DNA of 64,000 bases. Source: Felis catus. Taxonomy: Eukaryota. Position numbers and translations under genes: made by a program. Under the pieces are notes generated by a model that was not told the origin of the DNA, did no database searches, and was given only the letters and a program-made list of their open reading frames with translations. How positions within the stretch are numbered: position 1 is the first letter of the stretch; every line of letters begins with the position of its first letter. The stretch is taken from positions 66,776,001 to 66,840,000 of the forward strand of contig NC_058368.1 of the NCBI RefSeq assembly GCF_018350175.1, read 5' to 3'. Below, one piece after another: positions 13,283 to 26,379 of the stretch.

Positions 13283-13456
13283 TGTTATGAGTTGGATCGC
13301 CTCTTTCCCACCCCCAGCCCATCACCCCCTCCCTTCTGCATCCATATGTTGACATGTAACGGCCAGCACCGTAGAATGTAACCTTCTTTGGAAAGTGCGT
13401 CTTTGTAGATGTAGTTAGTTAAGACGGGGTTATAAGTGGAGTACAGCAGGCCCTCC
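13283..13456 (+). mobile_element. MLT1 (ERVL-MaLR) LTR 5' fragment
   Basis: tgttatgagttgga...agaatgtaaccttctttggaaag...gtctttgtagatgtagttagttaaga matches the recalled MLT1B/C start. Confidence 0.75.
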
Positions 13457-13619
13457 TCTGGGGCTCTGCATGCAATTCCAAGCACCGGGCTAAGTAAGTT
13501 CAAACAAAATCCCAGGGCATTTCTGCTTGCCACTCGTTCTCCAGAGCCAAGAAAGTTTCCCTACTGTTATCTGAGATCATAGAATGTTAAAGCTATAAGG
13601 GACCTCAAACACATTCTAG

Positions 13620-13802
13620 AGCATGCCTGGGGGTGCTTAGGGACCCCCACAGTGTCAAGGAAGGATGGGGAGCTAGCAACCTCCAGGATCCCCACTCTGA
13701 TTTCACCTGGAGTCTTGTGCTTTTATATGCTTTGTACTTGGGGCTTCCACAAATGATTTTGTCTGAAGAAAGGGTTTGTAGCTTAAGAGATGAAAACCAG
13801 TG
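13620..13802. mobile_element. hAT-Charlie MITE remnant nested in a MIR/MIR3-like element (about 13577-13915)
   Basis: Charlie-type end (gaagaaagggttt...gaaaaccagtg) flanked by TCTAG target-like sites; MIR-like sequence on both sides. Confidence 0.5.
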
Positions 13803-15561
13803 ATCTAGTTCAAGTCCATCAGTTTATTGATCAAGACATGGAGATCTGAAAAGACTGCATGAAACTCTCGACGTTGTGAGTGAGCTTGGCAGAGCTGGCA
13901 CTGGAAGTCGCTTCTATTCTGATATCTTACCGCTCACTGTAATAGGAAAGAGGTGGGTGTTCCCTGAAAATGGAAGATCCCAGGGGGTGTGGCAGACCTT
14001 GGATCCTGGCTGTTTATTGGGATGGTCTTTGGCTACTAAGAGCCTAGGTACTCTGATTCCCAGGAGAGAGCACCTGACACCGAACCCCATACCACATGGA
14101 GAAAATAGTGGCTCCAGTATGGAAATTCGTGCACAGGCTTAGATTCTAGACATTTCCCTGTTCATAGCCCAGGTGGGAGCACTTTATATAATAAAGCTCT
14201 TTCTGTCTGGCTACTAGTGGGCTTTCCTGATATTTGAGAGCTGCTTTATGGTTCAGTTATCCCACAGAGTCAGGGAAAGTTGGTCATACATAAATGATAA
14301 CAAGAGAACGGATAAATGATGTCTGTAAAAAGAGAACTTCCTTTCAAGCCTAAGGAACCTACGTGTGACGCCACCTCCCTCAGAATCTGTTTCCATTTGC
14401 TGGCTTGCCTGGGAGTCAGGGGAGGTTCTTTTGGGGGATGGAGGGACCCTTGAACTCCACATGCAGTTGGTGTAAGACGAATCAGCACTGACGGTTTGGG
14501 AGAAGGGTGGGTGACAGAGCTAGTTTCTGTGCAAGAGAAAGGAGAGGCTCAGAAGGAGCCAAGTTGAGCAACAAATAGACCCTAAGAACTAAAGAGGGGC
14601 TGGGATTCTGTACATGTTGCTGCCATGAATTAACTGTCGTTCCTGTGAATTGGAAGAGTTTCTTCACCAAAGCCGTTGAGTGCCTTGGGCCCAAGTCTCC
14701 ACTATGAGGTCCCTACCGCCCATCTGACCTCCCCCTTTTCAGTCAGAAATTAACTGAACAAGGAGTGTCTGCCCTCTCCCTTCATAGGAGACCGCCCAGC
14801 AGTCCCAGCACCACGAGGGTCAAGAACACCATTAGCCAAATGTTGAATCTTAAAGCAAATCGGCACCAAGATGGCAACCTGTGCTAATGGAGAAGTTCCA
14901 CTGTTGGCTTATGTTAGAGAAAATAGCTGTTCCTGAAAATTCTCTTAAAATTCTAAGGCTAAAGCAACACTGCTGTGAGAGATACCCCTTCTAATTGAGA
15001 ACAACAGAGAAGGAAGGAATGTTTGCTTTCCAACTTTACAAGATCATTGCTGGCCAATATGAATTGGCAGGTGTCCCCTCTAAGGAGGTGGTGAAATGCC
15101 AGCTCAACTGGCACCAGCAGCAAAGTGGCCCAGCCAGGAGGGTCTGAATTCCCCCCGTAAGAGCCCCAAGGTAGCAGTGGTGTTGTTTGGTCAGGGCCAG
15201 CAGGAGCAAAGCCCTGGCTTGGCAGAAAACAACTATACTGATTCAAGAAAACATGTAAAACACCTCTTGCAAATTAGTAGAAATGTTTTGAAGAGAGTAA
15301 ACACCATGGAACTGGGTTTCCCCACATGTGCAAGTCAGGATTTAGAGGTTCCTGAACTTGGATATTTATGTTGAGATGGCCATATTTGTATGTAGAGGCC
15401 AGTGAAGCGTGGGGCACTTGGGGTCCTTATTACTACTACTACCGTCCAATGGGTAAGATTACAGAACAATTTGCTCCGTAAATACTAATTTTCAAGATCT
15501 CAGTGAGAAGAGTGGAATTCTAATTCCTTCTCCACATAAAGTTCTCTGTATTTCTAAAAAT

Positions 15562-17720
15562 GAGTTCTGGCTTCTACACACAAGTCGGCAGACTAAATAT
15601 AAAAGTTTTCTCTCCTTTCTCCCCGAACACCATTGTGATGACAACAAAGAAGAACAAAAAGGAACAACTGAACTTGAGAGAAAAGAAAAGGGAGAAGAAA
15701 CATCAGACCAGAAAGAGTGATGAGTTTCTGGAAAATTGGGAACAGAAGTGAGACAGTTAGGGTCCACGGGAAGGACCCACAAGCGAAAACATGGTTCATT
15801 GGGGGCACTTTCTGTTGGCTGCTATTGTTAAAACCCCTTCCCTTGCAGAGCAGAACCAGGATGCAGCCAGGATATGGCCCCATTTACGAGCAGGATCCAA
15901 AAGCACCAGTGAGCTGCCTGAGTTGCCTTCCAACCAATCAGGATGAGGCCCTTGCAACCCATCAAGGGTAAGAAAATATTGCTTGGGGAGATCTAGGAAA
16001 CCGAGGGTGGCTGTGGGTACCCAGAGTTAAGACCTCTTTGTGTTGGCATAAGAAAGAGAGAGATTTAGCTCCCTTCCTGCCAAGACACCCTAAAGGGAGC
16101 CTGCCAGGCAGCATGCCCCAAAGGCACACACATTTCTTACAGTCAGTCCTTTCTTCTAGGGAGAGAGGGCTTGAGGGAAAACAGGAGTGCTGACAACTAG
16201 AAGCTACCCAAGACACACAAGCTGTAACGAGATGCGGAACATTCAGTGGCTTGAGAACCATCAAAGTTCATCTCACTATCCAGCAGCCGCTTCTTGAATC
16301 ATTTCAGGAGGGCAGCTCAGCCATCACCAACCCACAGTGTCTAGGGTCTCTCCAGCCTGCAGAAAGAGCGAAAGAGGGAAAGGAGGAGTCATGGTCACAG
16401 TCATGCTCTGAAAGCATCCACCAGATGGGGGCTCATTACCTTGGACAAAACACCTAACTGCAAGCACACCTGGGAAATAAAGTCTAGCCATGAACCAGGA
16501 AGAAGCAGAGCAGATTTTGGCGGACAGACACTTAACAATGAAGGACCACCAGACAATGAACAATAAACATTCACTGTTATGGCACCAGAAAGAAGGAACA
16601 AGGCAGGAAAAGGCAACAATCAATCTCAGAACTTATTTGGCAAAGGTAAGAGACACTTCAGAAATTCTATTTAGAGTTTTGAAAAGATATTACATCCATT
16701 TAATTAAAAACATTAAGATGCTCAGGGAAAAAAAAGAACACAAGGAACAGAGAAGAGTCATTAAAACTATGACGACCGAAATTTTTAAATTCAGTAGATG
16801 GGTAGATGGTAATAGTGGTTGTTGGTTTTGAATTTTTCAAATAAACTAAAGGAAAAGCCAGGCTTCATTATTGTGAAATAACATAATGCGAAAGTCATGA
16901 AAGTTGTTGATGCAGAGGCAGAAAGGTGGAGGGACAGGTAAGGGCTCGAATTTCTTCAAATCACATGGTAGGAAGTGAAGACATTAAGACTAAAGCCAGT
17001 GGGTCAAACAGATGATTAAGTATATTATTTTAATAGACAAAATTAACCAATAGGACTAAAAATGAACATGACATTGGGAGGGAAGACAGAGCAAGAGAAG
17101 AGAAAGTAGTTAGGGTGAGCTCTCTGTTCTCAGTCACTTGGTACAACTTACAGTTGACAAGAAAGACGGGTATGAACAAAATATCTAGATATATGGAGGT
17201 AACCTCTAGGGGAAATATTAAAGAGAAGTAGTTAAGAGTGGTTCCCCTTAGAGGTGCCTGGGTGGTGCAGTCGGCTAAGCCTCTGACTCTTGATCTCAGC
17301 TCAGGTCATGATCTCAAGGTTTGTGAGTTCTAGCCCCACATTGGGCTCTGCACGGATGGTGTGGAGGCTGGTTGGGGTTCTGTCTCTCCTTCTCTCTGTC
17401 CCTCCCCAGCTGTGTCTCTCTGTTTCTCAAAATAAATACATAAACTTAAAAAAAAAAAGAATGGTTCCCTTTAGCAAATGAACCTAAAATATGAAGGGTG
17501 TGGAAGGTTTTGCTTTCTTTCATATATATCCTTAGGTATTTTAAATTTCATTATCTTATTTTTCTTGTATTCACTAAGTCCTGGAAGGACACAAACAGCT
17601 AGGAGTGGTCTTGGTGAGTTGGAGTGAGACCAGTGAGGACAAGGTAGGAAATTTTCACTTTTTGTTTTCATTCTGTATTTGCCTATATTATATTTTGACA
17701 ATAAAAACTATTACTTTGTT
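15562..17720 (+). mobile_element. HAL1 / old L1-like element (5' UTR, ORF1 remnant, 3' end)
   Basis: A-rich ORF1-like stretch at 16500-16810; HAL1-like 3' motifs (aagtatattattttaa...aaccaataggactaaaa; ggaggtaacctctagggg). The 5' boundary is uncertain. Confidence 0.6.
17251..17456 (+). mobile_element. CAN-SINE inserted in HAL1
   Basis: SINEC body; TSD AAGA(G/A)TGGTTCCC(C/T)TTAG. Confidence 0.93.
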
Positions 17721-18482
17721 TTAAAGTACCTTGTTAAATAAATATCACCGTCCCCCAACCCCCACACTTCAGGTGGTTATGAGAGAAAGAGGCCCTTCTC
17801 TACTGTAAAGGACATTGGCACACAAATCACAGGGCTGTGGGCAGTCTAAGCAAAATTCGGCAGTGGGGACTCGGAACTTCACCGCTCATTGTATCCATTT
17901 TTGTAAAAAACAGATTCTCAAAGAATGCTGGATCTAACTTCCCAAAGACACGCTTTACAACTTTAATTGATTTGTTTTGCCAATAGAGCTTATTGAGCTA
18001 TTATGTCCTTTAAAAGCTCTGAGTAGGTGTGCACTGTTCCTTTTGGGTGCTATCACCCAAGGACATTTAGTACAAGATTTTTTTTTTAATTATATTTAAA
18101 TCGCAACATTACTAATTTTTCAATATTGTTAACTTTTAACAATTTACTTCAAGCTGCGATGTGTATGAGCAAAATTGAGTGCCAGAGGGCTAGCTTTTAT
18201 GGTTCTTGTTTTAATAATCGTATGGTAATGTTTTTTATTAATACATCTTTGTAACTCAAGCCGTGACTTTGACTGATTTAGTTTAATGACCATATAACTT
18301 GCACAGATATCAGGACCTACCTTAGGCCAGAAAAGATTGGAGGGTTCAGAAAGAAGAAGCTGCAGGAAGCAAAAACACATTTTGTTCACTTAAAAGTGTT
18401 TCTTGCTTGATAGCAAATAAATATTATTTCTATTCTATAGATGTCAAAAGTTGATGAGATTATGTGACTCTTTACTTCACCG

Positions 18483-18618
18483 CACTGGAAGTCCTCTGAG
18501 GGCAATCGGGGGGCGGGACTGGGGGTCTGCTAACCCCCCTTGCTGGCACTGGGGACATTCAATAAATATGTGTTGAATGAATACACATATATATGAATGA
18601 GTGGATGAATGAATGAGT
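18483..18618 (+). mobile_element. L2 3' end
   Basis: attcaataaatatgtgttgaatgaat followed by a (TGAA)n tail. Confidence 0.7.
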
Positions 18619-20439
18619 CATTAGATAGACTTCAGTTTTCAAAGTCTCTGTCTGGTTCTTGTACGGAAGCCCACACCACCTCTCCTATGATAGCCACAAG
18701 ATTACTAAAGTGAAATCTGAAAAGTTTAAGGCCTCCAAAGGCAAAGACTGACCCAGAAGACTTATTTGCCAGTTTTGATCAGACGAAACCGTAGGGAGAG
18801 GCTCACTTCCTCCGTGAGTGGCATTTATGCCAAATAGATTTCATATGCTAGACAGTCCATTCTTAAGTGGGTGAATTTATTTCAAAGTTTAGACTGTAAA
18901 TAGGGCACCATGGAAACCATAAAAGTGAAGATACGGTGATTTACAGGAAGATGTGTGTTTAAATCAGAATATCTCCTTAGGTGAAAACATATCACCACCC
19001 AAACAGATTTTATCAAGGGGCAAATTCAGAGGTAATGATGGGCTGACATGTGAGAGATAAACCTGAGTAATGGCTGGCCGATCTATTGAATTTGGACATT
19101 CATGAGGATTTCCTTCCAGCAATTCCTTCTAGAACATGCCCCAAAGGGAAAACTGCTCTACCAGCATGATATCTGTGAACCTGTGCAGCTTTGCACTGAA
19201 GTTTTTAAGAGAGCTGTGCTAAAATAAACTCAATTTCTCCCTAGCCTGCATTTCTCCAGCACCATCACAGACCTCTCCTGCCAGGGATGGAAATGGGAAT
19301 TGTTTATCCCAGGGACCCGGAAAGCCATGACAGAACGAACCGGAGACCCCTTTCCGGTTGAAGGGGGAGAGGATATCCTGGAGCTTAATTTGTGGGAGGC
19401 TCAAACTTCCCACTGAGCTCCTTCTTTAGGTCTCCAATGAGAACAGGGCAACATGGGCCTTGCCAAGGACCCCTTGGTTTGCCTTATGTAACCTGGGAGT
19501 CCGTTGGTGATGTATCTCAGAGAGAAGTACTACATCTTTGATAAGTATTTTAAACTGTATTACAAGGTTACGCCCCTTCCTCATGCTCCGGCCCCTCAAT
19601 TAATCTGTTGTGGGGGCATCTGACAAGTGTACCTTTACACAAAGCCTCCTTGGCATGGCTCCAAAAGATGCAGGAGGGCACATCCTTAAATATAATGTAG
19701 TCAAAGTGCTATTAAACTAATTATAGCATTCATTATAGAACTATTTACAAGGTAAAGTCATGCAACATAAAACATTAAAGAAACATAATTACACAGAAAT
19801 GGAAGGGAGACGGTAGGTTATCAAATATGAGGCACTTGATTAATCAGCTGGCTCTGAGAATGGGTTAGTTAGTCTTAACCCAGATGAGCACAGAGATGGA
19901 GACTACCTCTCTGGGAAAAGTCATGTATCTTGGGGTCTAGGGTCTTGCTAGTTCCTTGCTTTCTCTTCATTGTAATGATAAAAGAAAATACACACGTATT
20001 TTTTTTCCTTAAAGAAATAGAGGTTTCACATGGAAGCATGGCAGTTGTCAGTCATGGGTATCTTTCCAAATCAGGATGAAGGAAATCACCAAGTGTTAAC
20101 AACTGCGATAGTATCTTAGCGCATAGAACAGATACCACCAATCTTGTTATCCTTCCATTTAAAGACAACGCTACCGGCTACATTGCAATGTTTCCTGAAT
20201 ACAACTTCCAACCATTTGCAGGGGTTGTTTAGAATGATGATGACTTTTGTTGCACCATTCCGTCTTATTCATGTCTCCAAACTACTCAGGACAAGATGTT
20301 TAGACTTTATTAATTCAGTTCCACTCACAGAGGGACCATTGTCTCCATCAGTTTTTAAGGCTTTTCAAGTGTTTCTCCAATTAAACATCTTTCTTCCTAT
20401 TTTGATCCCATTCAGTCATTTATTCCAAGGACAGCAACT

Positions 20440-20620
20440 CCATTCTTCCCGTTGCTCAACCCCAAAATCAGAAGCCACCCTGATTCCCCCTTTTTGCACA
20501 TCCACATCAAATCCTTTTAGAAGTCCCACTCGGTCTACCTTCAAGATATATCCAAAAATGTATGGGTAAGTCACTTAATTTTTTGGGAACCTCAGTTTTC
20601 CCATCTGCAGTATTGGGATG
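20440..20620 (+). mobile_element. L2 fragment followed by a MIR core fragment
   Basis: L2-like ctaccttcaagatatatccaaaat; MIR core gggtaagtcacttaa...cctcagttttcccatctg. Confidence 0.6.
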
Positions 20621-20622
20621 CT

Positions 20623-20810
20623 GCATCCAACTTCGGCTCAGGTCATGATCTCATGGTTCGTGAGTTCAAGCCCTACGTCGGGCTCTGTGCTAACAGCTCA
20701 GAGCCTGGAGCCTGCTTCAGATTCTGTGTCTCCCTCTCACTGTGCCCCTGCCCCACTTGTACCCTGTCTCTCTCTCTCTCAAAAATAAACATCAAGAAAA
20801 ATTTTTTTAA
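20623..20810 (+). mobile_element. 5'-truncated CAN-SINE
   Basis: Starts at gcatccaacttcggctcagg with no A box; body and tail intact; no TSD found. Confidence 0.9.
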
Positions 20811-21659
20811 TACTTGCTTTAATGAAAACATAATAGCAGCCCTATATTTTGCAGTTAACAAAGATTCTAATAAGAGAATAAAAACACCTCAGGTTTAACC
20901 TAGTTTGCATTTATTATATTGAAATATGAAGTTTTCAAAGGTTAAAAGCTGAGCCAGTTTCCACTCAAGAAAACTAAATCACAATCTACTGCTAATTTCA
21001 AAGTGAGAAATACCAGCTTTTAGGGTTTAGTAATTTTTTATTTTAAAATGTTAAACTTATCCATACACATACACGATGTTAATATCGGTTTCCGGGGAGA
21101 GAGGGCTGTTTTTATGGTGTGTTCAGTTGTTTGGTTTCGGCTCGTTAAGTTATAATATTAAATGTGTTTATAAAAGTTTGGGGTATATAAAACCAATAAA
21201 AATGATCCTTAGTGTGGCTTTTCCCATAGATTTGCCTTTGAAGTACAGTGCTGTGGGTTAGGTAGTTTCAAGGCTATATTTATTCTATAATTTTAAAATA
21301 TAAAAGTTAATAACTTAATAGTAGCAACTTGAACTATAATTTTAATTGTGACACTGTTCTTCCTCTTGACCTCACAATTCAATATAGTGAGGGTTTGAAA
21401 ATCAGGCCACAAAAAGGGGCAAGTGCACCCAGATTCTATTCTCAGAGACTATTTTATGGCAAATGATTTTCATGCCCTTTGCCTGTTGTCCTTCGAGCTC
21501 TCATCAGGTATATCCATAGCCAGAACTTGCTGGCGAATATCCCAGTGAAATGGCATCAATCCTGTGTGTACATTGTGTTGGGAGCTTGCAGCTGTGCTGG
21601 GATGAGAGGAGAAATACGCATTCTCAAAGTTTCCCTTTAAAAAAATGTGCCTTGAGCCC

Positions 21660-21830
21660 CCACTCTGCACCAGGAGTTGTGCTGGTTGTTTCTACCCACG
21701 TAGCATCATTTAATACCCAAGCGTGTTAAATCCAGGAGGGAGGAGTTAAGGCCACCATATTCCACAGAGGGACAAGGGGAGTGGCAATACCAGGATGGGA
21801 CCCCCAGTCATCTAATTCTAAGCCCGCTAC
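21660..21830 (-). mobile_element. MIR fragment
   Basis: Degenerate antisense MIR (gcatcatttaatac...gtggcaataccaggatgggaccc). Confidence 0.4.
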
Positions 21831-22923
21831 ACACCACTAAAAAGCTTGAAGTGAAAATGAATTTAGGGAGGGAGGACGATGTGGCCCAAATATAAGCCGC
21901 GTTCCAACAGAGCAGGACAGCCCATCGTTCTGAAGATAGCAAAGCAAAATAAATTGAGGTCTTGCAGACTCGTCTGTAGGGACTCTGGTGCCTTAAGCCA
22001 TTAAGCTGCTTTGGTCCCAGCTCTCTTGGTTATCAGTAGGGCAGCAAGATGACAGAATCAGGGAGTGGGGTGCTTCTCTGTGGACAGCGACTCACCCCTA
22101 TCCCAAGACCAGCTGCTGAGAAGGGAAGGGGCCCATTTCAAGCCCAAGAGCCTTGTGCAGCCCCCTGAGGTGGGAGGGATGGGTAAGCCCACAGCCTCAG
22201 TGGCCCCAGACACCCAGGTAAGTTCATGTGCAGGATCAGACCGGAGGGAGCAGACATGTGAGGCCCGTTGTTCATTTGGGGGGGTGTCAGAACAGATTGC
22301 ATTTCCTCCTTCCTAACAGGAATCTCGGTGCTGCCAGTAGGCATTTTCTTGGCAGAACTGTGAAGCATAGAAAACGGCCTTTTATTCAATCACTGAATAA
22401 AAGAAAGATCGTGATGAGACTCGTGCTGTGTCTATTGTGAGGATAGTGGTGAGGATATTGTCCATTATACTACACAGAAAACAGTTTTCCTAGGTAGAAT
22501 TTCTTCCCCCTGCTCTCAGTGTCAGAAATGGCTGGGTTTTACTATGGGCACTGTGAATCATGTCACAGGTCGGGATTAGAGCCAAATCTAAGGCCCACGT
22601 TAGATGGTACACAGAATTTCAAAATACGGATTATTATATTAGCCTTATCCCTAACTCCAAATTTTTTATTTCTCACCTAAATACACTTTTTATTTTGCTA
22701 TATTGTTGGAATTATTCCCCTTAAATTGCCTAGGATCCCTCTGGAAACCAAGGAAGATATAAATGCATACATACACACACATGCAGTCACACCACTGGTC
22801 AGAAAGGTCCGTGGAGGGAGTGGGGCTGACCCCAGAGTCTGGCTGCCCGTCACTGGTGTCTCTCTTAAAGTGCCCTCTACAAGAGGAGTAGGCATCTGCA
22901 CTTAGCTTTGGAAGACAAGTCTA

Positions 22924-23012
22924 GTCTTCCCGTAAGACAGGAAGTCATCATCTTGTCTTCCCGTAAGACAGGAAGTCATCATCTTGTCTTCCTGTAAGAT
23001 AGGAAGTCATCA
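22924..23012. repeat. 31-bp minisatellite, about 2.9 copies (GTCTTCCCGTAAGACAGGAAGTCATCATCTT)
   Basis: Copies at 22924-22954 and 22955-22985 are identical; the copy at 22986-23012 has two C>T changes. Confidence 0.97.
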
Positions 23013-23139
23013 ATCTGACGATCGAGTGAGATCGTCCTGTCCCATAGCATCGCGGCATTGGATTTGGAGGCTACTGGGGGTACATGAGACATTACAGGAG
23101 GGCTGTAGAAGAAAGCCCCCACCTTGCTGAAACTGATCC

Positions 23140-23312
23140 CGTGTGAATCTCGGCCCTGCCACTGCGTGAGTGTGACCTGGGGGAAATTCCCTAACCTCTA
23201 CTCATCTCCTCATCTCTAAAATAAGAACAATAATAGTTGAAGTAGATATTTAGAAAATACTCACCCAGTGCCTGAATCATAGAAAGTAATAAGTGTATGT
23301 TAACATCATTAT
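23140..23312 (+). mobile_element. MIR
   Basis: gaatctcggccctgccact...tgtgacctggg...ctcatctctaaaataagaacaataatag...cagtgcctg. Confidence 0.7.
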
Positions 23313-25413
23313 TTATACCATCATCATCATCATCCCAGATAAGAAAAATTGTTTATATATGTGCACACACACACATCCCCTAAACTGTCTATCACAATAG
23401 AAAGGCCATCTCCAGCCTTAAGGGCCTCACAGTGATGCAGGGAAACAAATATGTAAACAGGTGTGCTCCTATAAAACGGCTATGAATGAATACCCTGGAA
23501 AAATCGTTAAGGACACAAGTCTGGGGGAGCTGGGCTGGGTGCAATTAGCTGAGGTAGAAACAGAGGACAGCTTCCTTTTTCAGATATGATTTTTAAAGGT
23601 ATGGCCATTTACATATCTTTGGGGCCCACCAGGAGAGAACTGGTTACGTGGACCCTCCCGTACCCTCATTCTCTTCAAGGTTTGGCCCAGGTGAAGCAGG
23701 ACTCCACTTCTTCTAGCAGCCTGCCACCTCCTTCCCACCAAATCCCAAAGATAGGACAGGCTGTGACAGCCAGAAAGCCCAGCCGGCCTGGCTGTCCACT
23801 CCCCAGGCCACCAGGGAGGAGCCTTCTGCACCGGTATGGCCTCCCGAGGGCTCTACAAGCACCCTGGAAGTTCACTGAAGAGGGAAAGCAATGGAGATGT
23901 ATGTCTTGGCTTCAGGTGCACACCCTCCAGAACATTCTTCTCATGCATCGTATCTAGTCATGCATACCTTCTACTCCCCACCATGTGCTCCAATCCTCTC
24001 CCTCAAACATGTACATAATTCACAACAAAATTACTGTCCAGTGCCTCCTCCCTGTTGCTCTCTATATTGCATTAAAATAATTAGACATTAGTTCATTCAT
24101 TCTTGGCATGCTGGAAGAATTCCTTTGCTATTGCTTAAAATCGAAATCCCGTGTTCTTCCTATTTTACGGCACTCAGAAATAGAGAACGGTTCCATCCGC
24201 TTTCTTCTGCTGGAGAGCTCTTTGAATGTGCCACACTAATTTTAACAAGTCCGTTGGGACCTGGATTTCTTTGAAGAAAAAATGACTACTTGACACGAGA
24301 CATTATAAGTTTACCTACAAGTGGGGCAGTTTTGAGACAGCTGATGAGTCTCTGTGTTTTACACATACTTACAAACGTGTAAAGCAGCCACATTTGTGCC
24401 TGAACAGGCACTTCTAGCAATATCATCGGATTATGGTGCTTGAGTAAGAATTTAGAAAACAATGGCTGTAAGAATCAAAAAATTCATATATATATGTCGC
24501 CATCTCACTTACATGATTTTAAAAAATGTTAATTTTTGCTTTCTATATTTCTTGGAGAAGTTTTACAATCTATGAGAATTTAAGAAGTTGAGACCAAAGT
24601 GGCCTGGAAAATACTGGAAGGAAACCAACAATTTAAAAGTCATTGGAATGAAGATAATTAAGAGTGTTATTATGCAGACATTGCAATAAAACAATATTTG
24701 CTTTGGTGACTCATAATAGCATTAGGCATTTGAACCGAAACCAGTGAAATGTTATGTGATGAGAATACAATTGATCTTAGTTTTTATGTGCACATTCTCA
24801 TTGCCTGGAGTTTCTTCTTATTAAATAAAGTTCTTCATACCTTTTTTAAAAAGTTTGTGTTGAATCTTGATGAAGTAACCGTTTAAAATAATTATTCCCT
24901 TCACAAATGTAACATTGCTCTACAGAACGGTTCTATGCAATTTTAGCTATAATAATTAACACAAAACGTAATAATATATTACAAATATGTAAGAGTTATG
25001 AGTAAATTTTTTGAAATTTTTGGGCTATGTTAGACTTCCTAAATTGATTTATAGCAAACATGATTTTTTCTTTTTCCTATGGCTTTTTTTGAAGAGCTCT
25101 GTCAGATTTTATTCTAGGTAACTCAACTTAATTTTTAGCAGATTGCCATGTGTTAGAAATAATAGAATTTTGTGGTTATAAAAGGACTTGGTCATCATAA
25201 TGTGGGGACTGAAGTTGAGTTTGCTTAAAGACTAGAAGCTAGGTTTTTTTCCTCTAATAACCAAACTGTGCATATCCAAAACTCTTAACCATGGTTTATT
25301 AAATGCTTATGAAAAATCTGTATCATAAAATTGCTACACAAGGCTAGTTGATATTCTAAATAAACAAAGTAATATATCAGTAACTATTTGAGAAAAGACA
25401 TTGCTTCTACATT

Positions 25414-25463
25414 TGTGCGTGTGTGCATGTGTGTGTGTGTGTGTGTGTGTTTGTGTGTGTGTG
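25414..25463. repeat. Imperfect (TG)n microsatellite
   Basis: Visible TG run. Confidence 0.95.
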
Positions 25464-26254
25464 AAAGTACTACTGTAACAAAATCTGGGATGATTTCCTG
25501 TAACTAGTGGCTAATGGTTTATCAGAACTAACTTTCATAGACTACTATTTATTTTCCGTAAAAAAAACAACATTATTAACTTAAAGTTTGATTGTGGCCT
25601 CAGATTTCTACCTAGAGTTAAGTTGCCCCAAACACTAATGTATGATATAGAATAGTTGAGCTGGATTAGCATTTATTGAGGGAACAGACAAAAGAAATTG
25701 TTCTAGAAACTGGTTAAGTCTGACGGACCACACTTCTGTAGTCAAAGGAAATGGAAAAGTTGGGCAGTTTTTCTAAGCAATTTAAGCAAAAGTGATTGTG
25801 GCTCAGGAGGAAAGAGGGCACGAGAGAGACGAGCCGAGTGCTGAGAGAAAGTAAAATAGTCTGAATGATTTATTCAACTGTTCCTGGTGCTTTAGCTTCG
25901 GAAGCCTGGCTCTAATATGGCAAATGGGCAGCATGTTAAATATCCTTTTGGACTCTCAGTCCATTTCGGTTTCCATCAAATTCCATAGCCTTCAGGGAAG
26001 GCCCATTCATTCAGGGGGTTCAACCAATCTATTCAGTGGGCACCATTATCCACACCCATTCATTCTCGATTCATGACTGGGAGATACTCAGTCAATATTT
26101 GCTCAGTATCCTTTCAGTTACACAGTGAGAGCTAGATATCAGAAAATCTTTAAGCCAGGTACAGTTCATCTTGGGCAATTTTCATAGCACTTCTTACTAT
26201 TTATTAACAGCATAACAGACATTGTCTGGCCTGATCAGTGTATTGATTGCAAAT

Positions 26255-26333
26255 GAATACCCATTATCTAGCTCAGTGCAAGATGCATGAAAGGAGCCTG
26301 ATACATATTTGTTGAAGGAATGAATGAATAAAT
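26255..26333 (+). mobile_element. L2 3' end
   Basis: atatttgttgaaggaatgaatgaataaa tail. Confidence 0.55.
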
Positions 26334-26339
26334 TATCAT

Positions 26340-26344
26340 ACACA

Positions 26345-26377
<33 letters not shown>
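26340..26377. repeat. (CA)n microsatellite
   Basis: CA run with one interruption. Confidence 0.95.

Positions 26378-26379
<2 letters not shown>

Noticed and set aside
16490..16831. 113-aa charged ORF
   Set aside because: It lies in the decayed ORF1-like region of the HAL1/L1 element; not a host gene.
22924..23012. 31-bp repeats as a CRISPR array
   Set aside because: The units are contiguous with no spacers, there are no cas genes, and the context is mammalian.
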